Shown: positions 61,937 to 64,000 of the stretch, piece after piece
Position numbering within the stretch: position 1 is the first letter of the stretch
How the letters are laid out: every line of letters starts with the position of its first letter
From: Bugula neritina
Lineage: Eukaryota > Animalia > Bryozoa
Assembly (NCBI GenBank): GCA_964035545.1
Contig: OZ037770.1
Coordinates: forward strand, 5,590,729 to 5,654,728
Length of the DNA stretch: 64,000 nt
Direction: 5' to 3'
Translations under genes and position numbers: made by a program
The notes under the pieces: model-generated
What the model was told of the DNA's origin: nothing
Databases searched by the model: none
Seen by the model: the letters and a program-made list of their open reading frames with translations, nothing else

Positions 61937-64000
61937 TTAAATCAGGCCAATTTTTGGTAGATAAACTTCGAACTCTGAAGGATCCACGGTTCGTTCACGG
62001 AGGTCTACCAAGGCTTCATAAGTGGGGCCTAGATAATTTTGTAGTTCTCTCTCCAGAGGGTCTGCTGTAGCCTGTGCTGAAAGTGAACCTAAAGTTAAAA
62101 GTGGAATCGATGGCTCTATGATGTTTGGATCAGACCGGCCTGGTGGCTTGCTAGAGGTTAGAACTGGTCTCCAAGAGCTCAGAGGTGGTAGCACTGTTTG
62201 AGCAGGCTGCACACTCATAACTCGTTGATCAAAGGCTAATGGGTTATAGCCATTTGTCACTGTCTGTTGCAGCTGATATGGAGAAGGTTCCGTCTTGACT
62301 TGTGATGAAAGATCACTCATGTTACCTTCAAGATTCCTGGAGTTCTTTGAACTCCGAACTTGCTGAAGTCTTCCTTCTGTACTTTCAAGAGATTGCAGCT
62401 GTTGATTTGGCAGACCAGGTGATGGTGAAGAGCGTGCCAGATAGAATGGGCTTGACTCCACTAAACTAGCATTTTCTGGTTTCTGTAAGAGGATCACTTA
62501 AGTTTACACTTCATACCATCTTATTTATTGAGAATGTTATCTTTTCAGCAATAAAAGTTTCGCAGATGGTAAAATTTAAAACACAGAATAACTCTTTTAG
62601 CTGTGATACTTTGCCCAGTCAAGCCAGATATAATTTTATAGAAAATCATTTAAATTCTTTTTGGAATTTTATGAAAATGTGTCTGACAGAAACTATTTTC
62701 AAACATGCTTATATAGTTAACAAACTGTGAGATTGTTGAAATCGATTAGAACATATCTATGCTTTAAATGTTCACAGAAAAAGTAATTTTGCCTGTTTTT
62801 CCTGTTACACATATTGGTAACGTAATGTTTTTAAATCTGTTTTCTAATGACACCAAAAAATAAAATAGCGTTGCATACATTCAGGGTACTTGACATTTGG
62901 TGACTGACTTTTTGGAAGGACTTGAACATGTTGCTGAGTCGAAGAGACGAGCCATCCTTTGGGGTAGGCAGATTTATTATTTTTGCCACATTACCACTCT
63001 TGAACATATTCTACAAGTATCACAAACTTCTTTTAAAAGCACTCATCATAAAATGGAATAATTTTACAAAGTTACAGAAGTTGCTATAATTTTAGTTGAA
63101 GCTTTATACAAATTCAACTTTTTTTTGCACTGCTGCAGAATGTCTTAGCTGCAGGTTAAACATGCAGTAGATAATTTTCAATCGTCTTTAAAATGTTTTG
63201 CTAAACTTATTACTTTAACACAAAATCCTTCAAATCACTAACAATATATTTTAGTGAATACTTGTAATATGGTAATATCCTTAATGCTGGACACTAGAGA
63301 TAGGTTGCAAATAATATTTTTATGCCCTTTAAAAATTGAGTGATTAAATCAAACAACCTCTTTTCAAACTGATGAAACAAATACAGCAATCTAATTGTAA
63401 TAAAATTTCATATTACTTACCCAGTTCCATGAAGACTGATAGCCATGGGTTTGATCTAATGTCTTGACAGCATGTTCAAATACATGGCAGTAGAAATCGT
63501 ACCTTTTGGAGTCATCCCAGCCATTTGCTGCCTGACAGCAGACTCTGTGCAGCACCTCTTTCATAAGCGCTAGATACTAGCAAATATACAAGCAAATTTA
63601 GCACACAGGAAAAATAATTTCCCTCTCCCCTGTAGTGATAAGTTTACCCAGTTGTCCTCGCCATGTAATTGTTATCACACTTGTAATGCAACAGTTTTAT
63701 CTTTCGCACAAAACTCAAACTGAAACAATTATCTGGACAGTAAAGTTTAAGTTACCTGCATCTTTACCAAAAAAAAAACTTGAGTTATACTGACTCAAAA
63801 ACTACCAATAAAAGCTATTGCAAAGACTTTTTTGGAAAGATTTCATCACACAATACTTTTACTAAAGCTACAACACAAATTTCCTGCAACAATGATTACC
63901 ATAAGTTGGCTGAAATAAAGTTGAACTCACAGCACACACTGGAAGAAATGGGTATGACTCTTTACACTCCCTTAGTGCGAGATATTGGGGCTGAACAGTG
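61937..64000 (-). CDS. Paralogue C of the same family (5' part beyond the window end)
   Basis: Exons >64000-63931 (...QPQYLALRECKESYPFLPVCA), 63576-63421 (156 nt, YLALMKEVLHRVC...VFEHAVKTLDQTHGYQSSWNW), 63010-62879, and terminal 62482-61937 (KPENASL...LPKIGLI*). Confidence 0.78.

Noticed and set aside
63648-63719. Candidate 72-nt exon in paralogue C
   Set aside because: Open only in phase 2-2, incompatible with the flanking phase-0 exons, which align contiguously to the paralogues.

Overview
AT-rich, intron-rich animal (invertebrate-like) genomic DNA. The left part (1-27.7 kb) holds the 5' half of a minus-strand SHANK/Prosap gene. I reconstructed its SPN/FERM-N, ankyrin and SH3 exons by hand with consistent GT-AG phases; PDZ and SAM must lie left of the window. 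One SHANK intron is almost entirely a tandem array of its own exon/5' splice-site junction. The middle has an apparently intact Rex1/Babar-type LINE (APE+RT), a 5'-truncated sister copy, and a 680-codon intronless orphan ORF ending in the PDZ-ligand-like motif ETSL. The right part (39.9-64 kb) contains three tandem minus-strand paralogues of a family I do not recognise and the ORF track largely misses. They share an N-terminal domain ending in W-x-W (~175 aa in the two complete copies) with conserved exon sizes and phases, followed by divergent low-complexity tails; in two of them the tail is built from duplicated symmetric exons. Also present: a tRNA-derived SINE family, several MITE families, minisatellites, and a palindromic TG...CA element made of two inverted tRNA-like units with a paralogous empty site nearby. 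All exon calls are manual and need RNA-seq confirmation.
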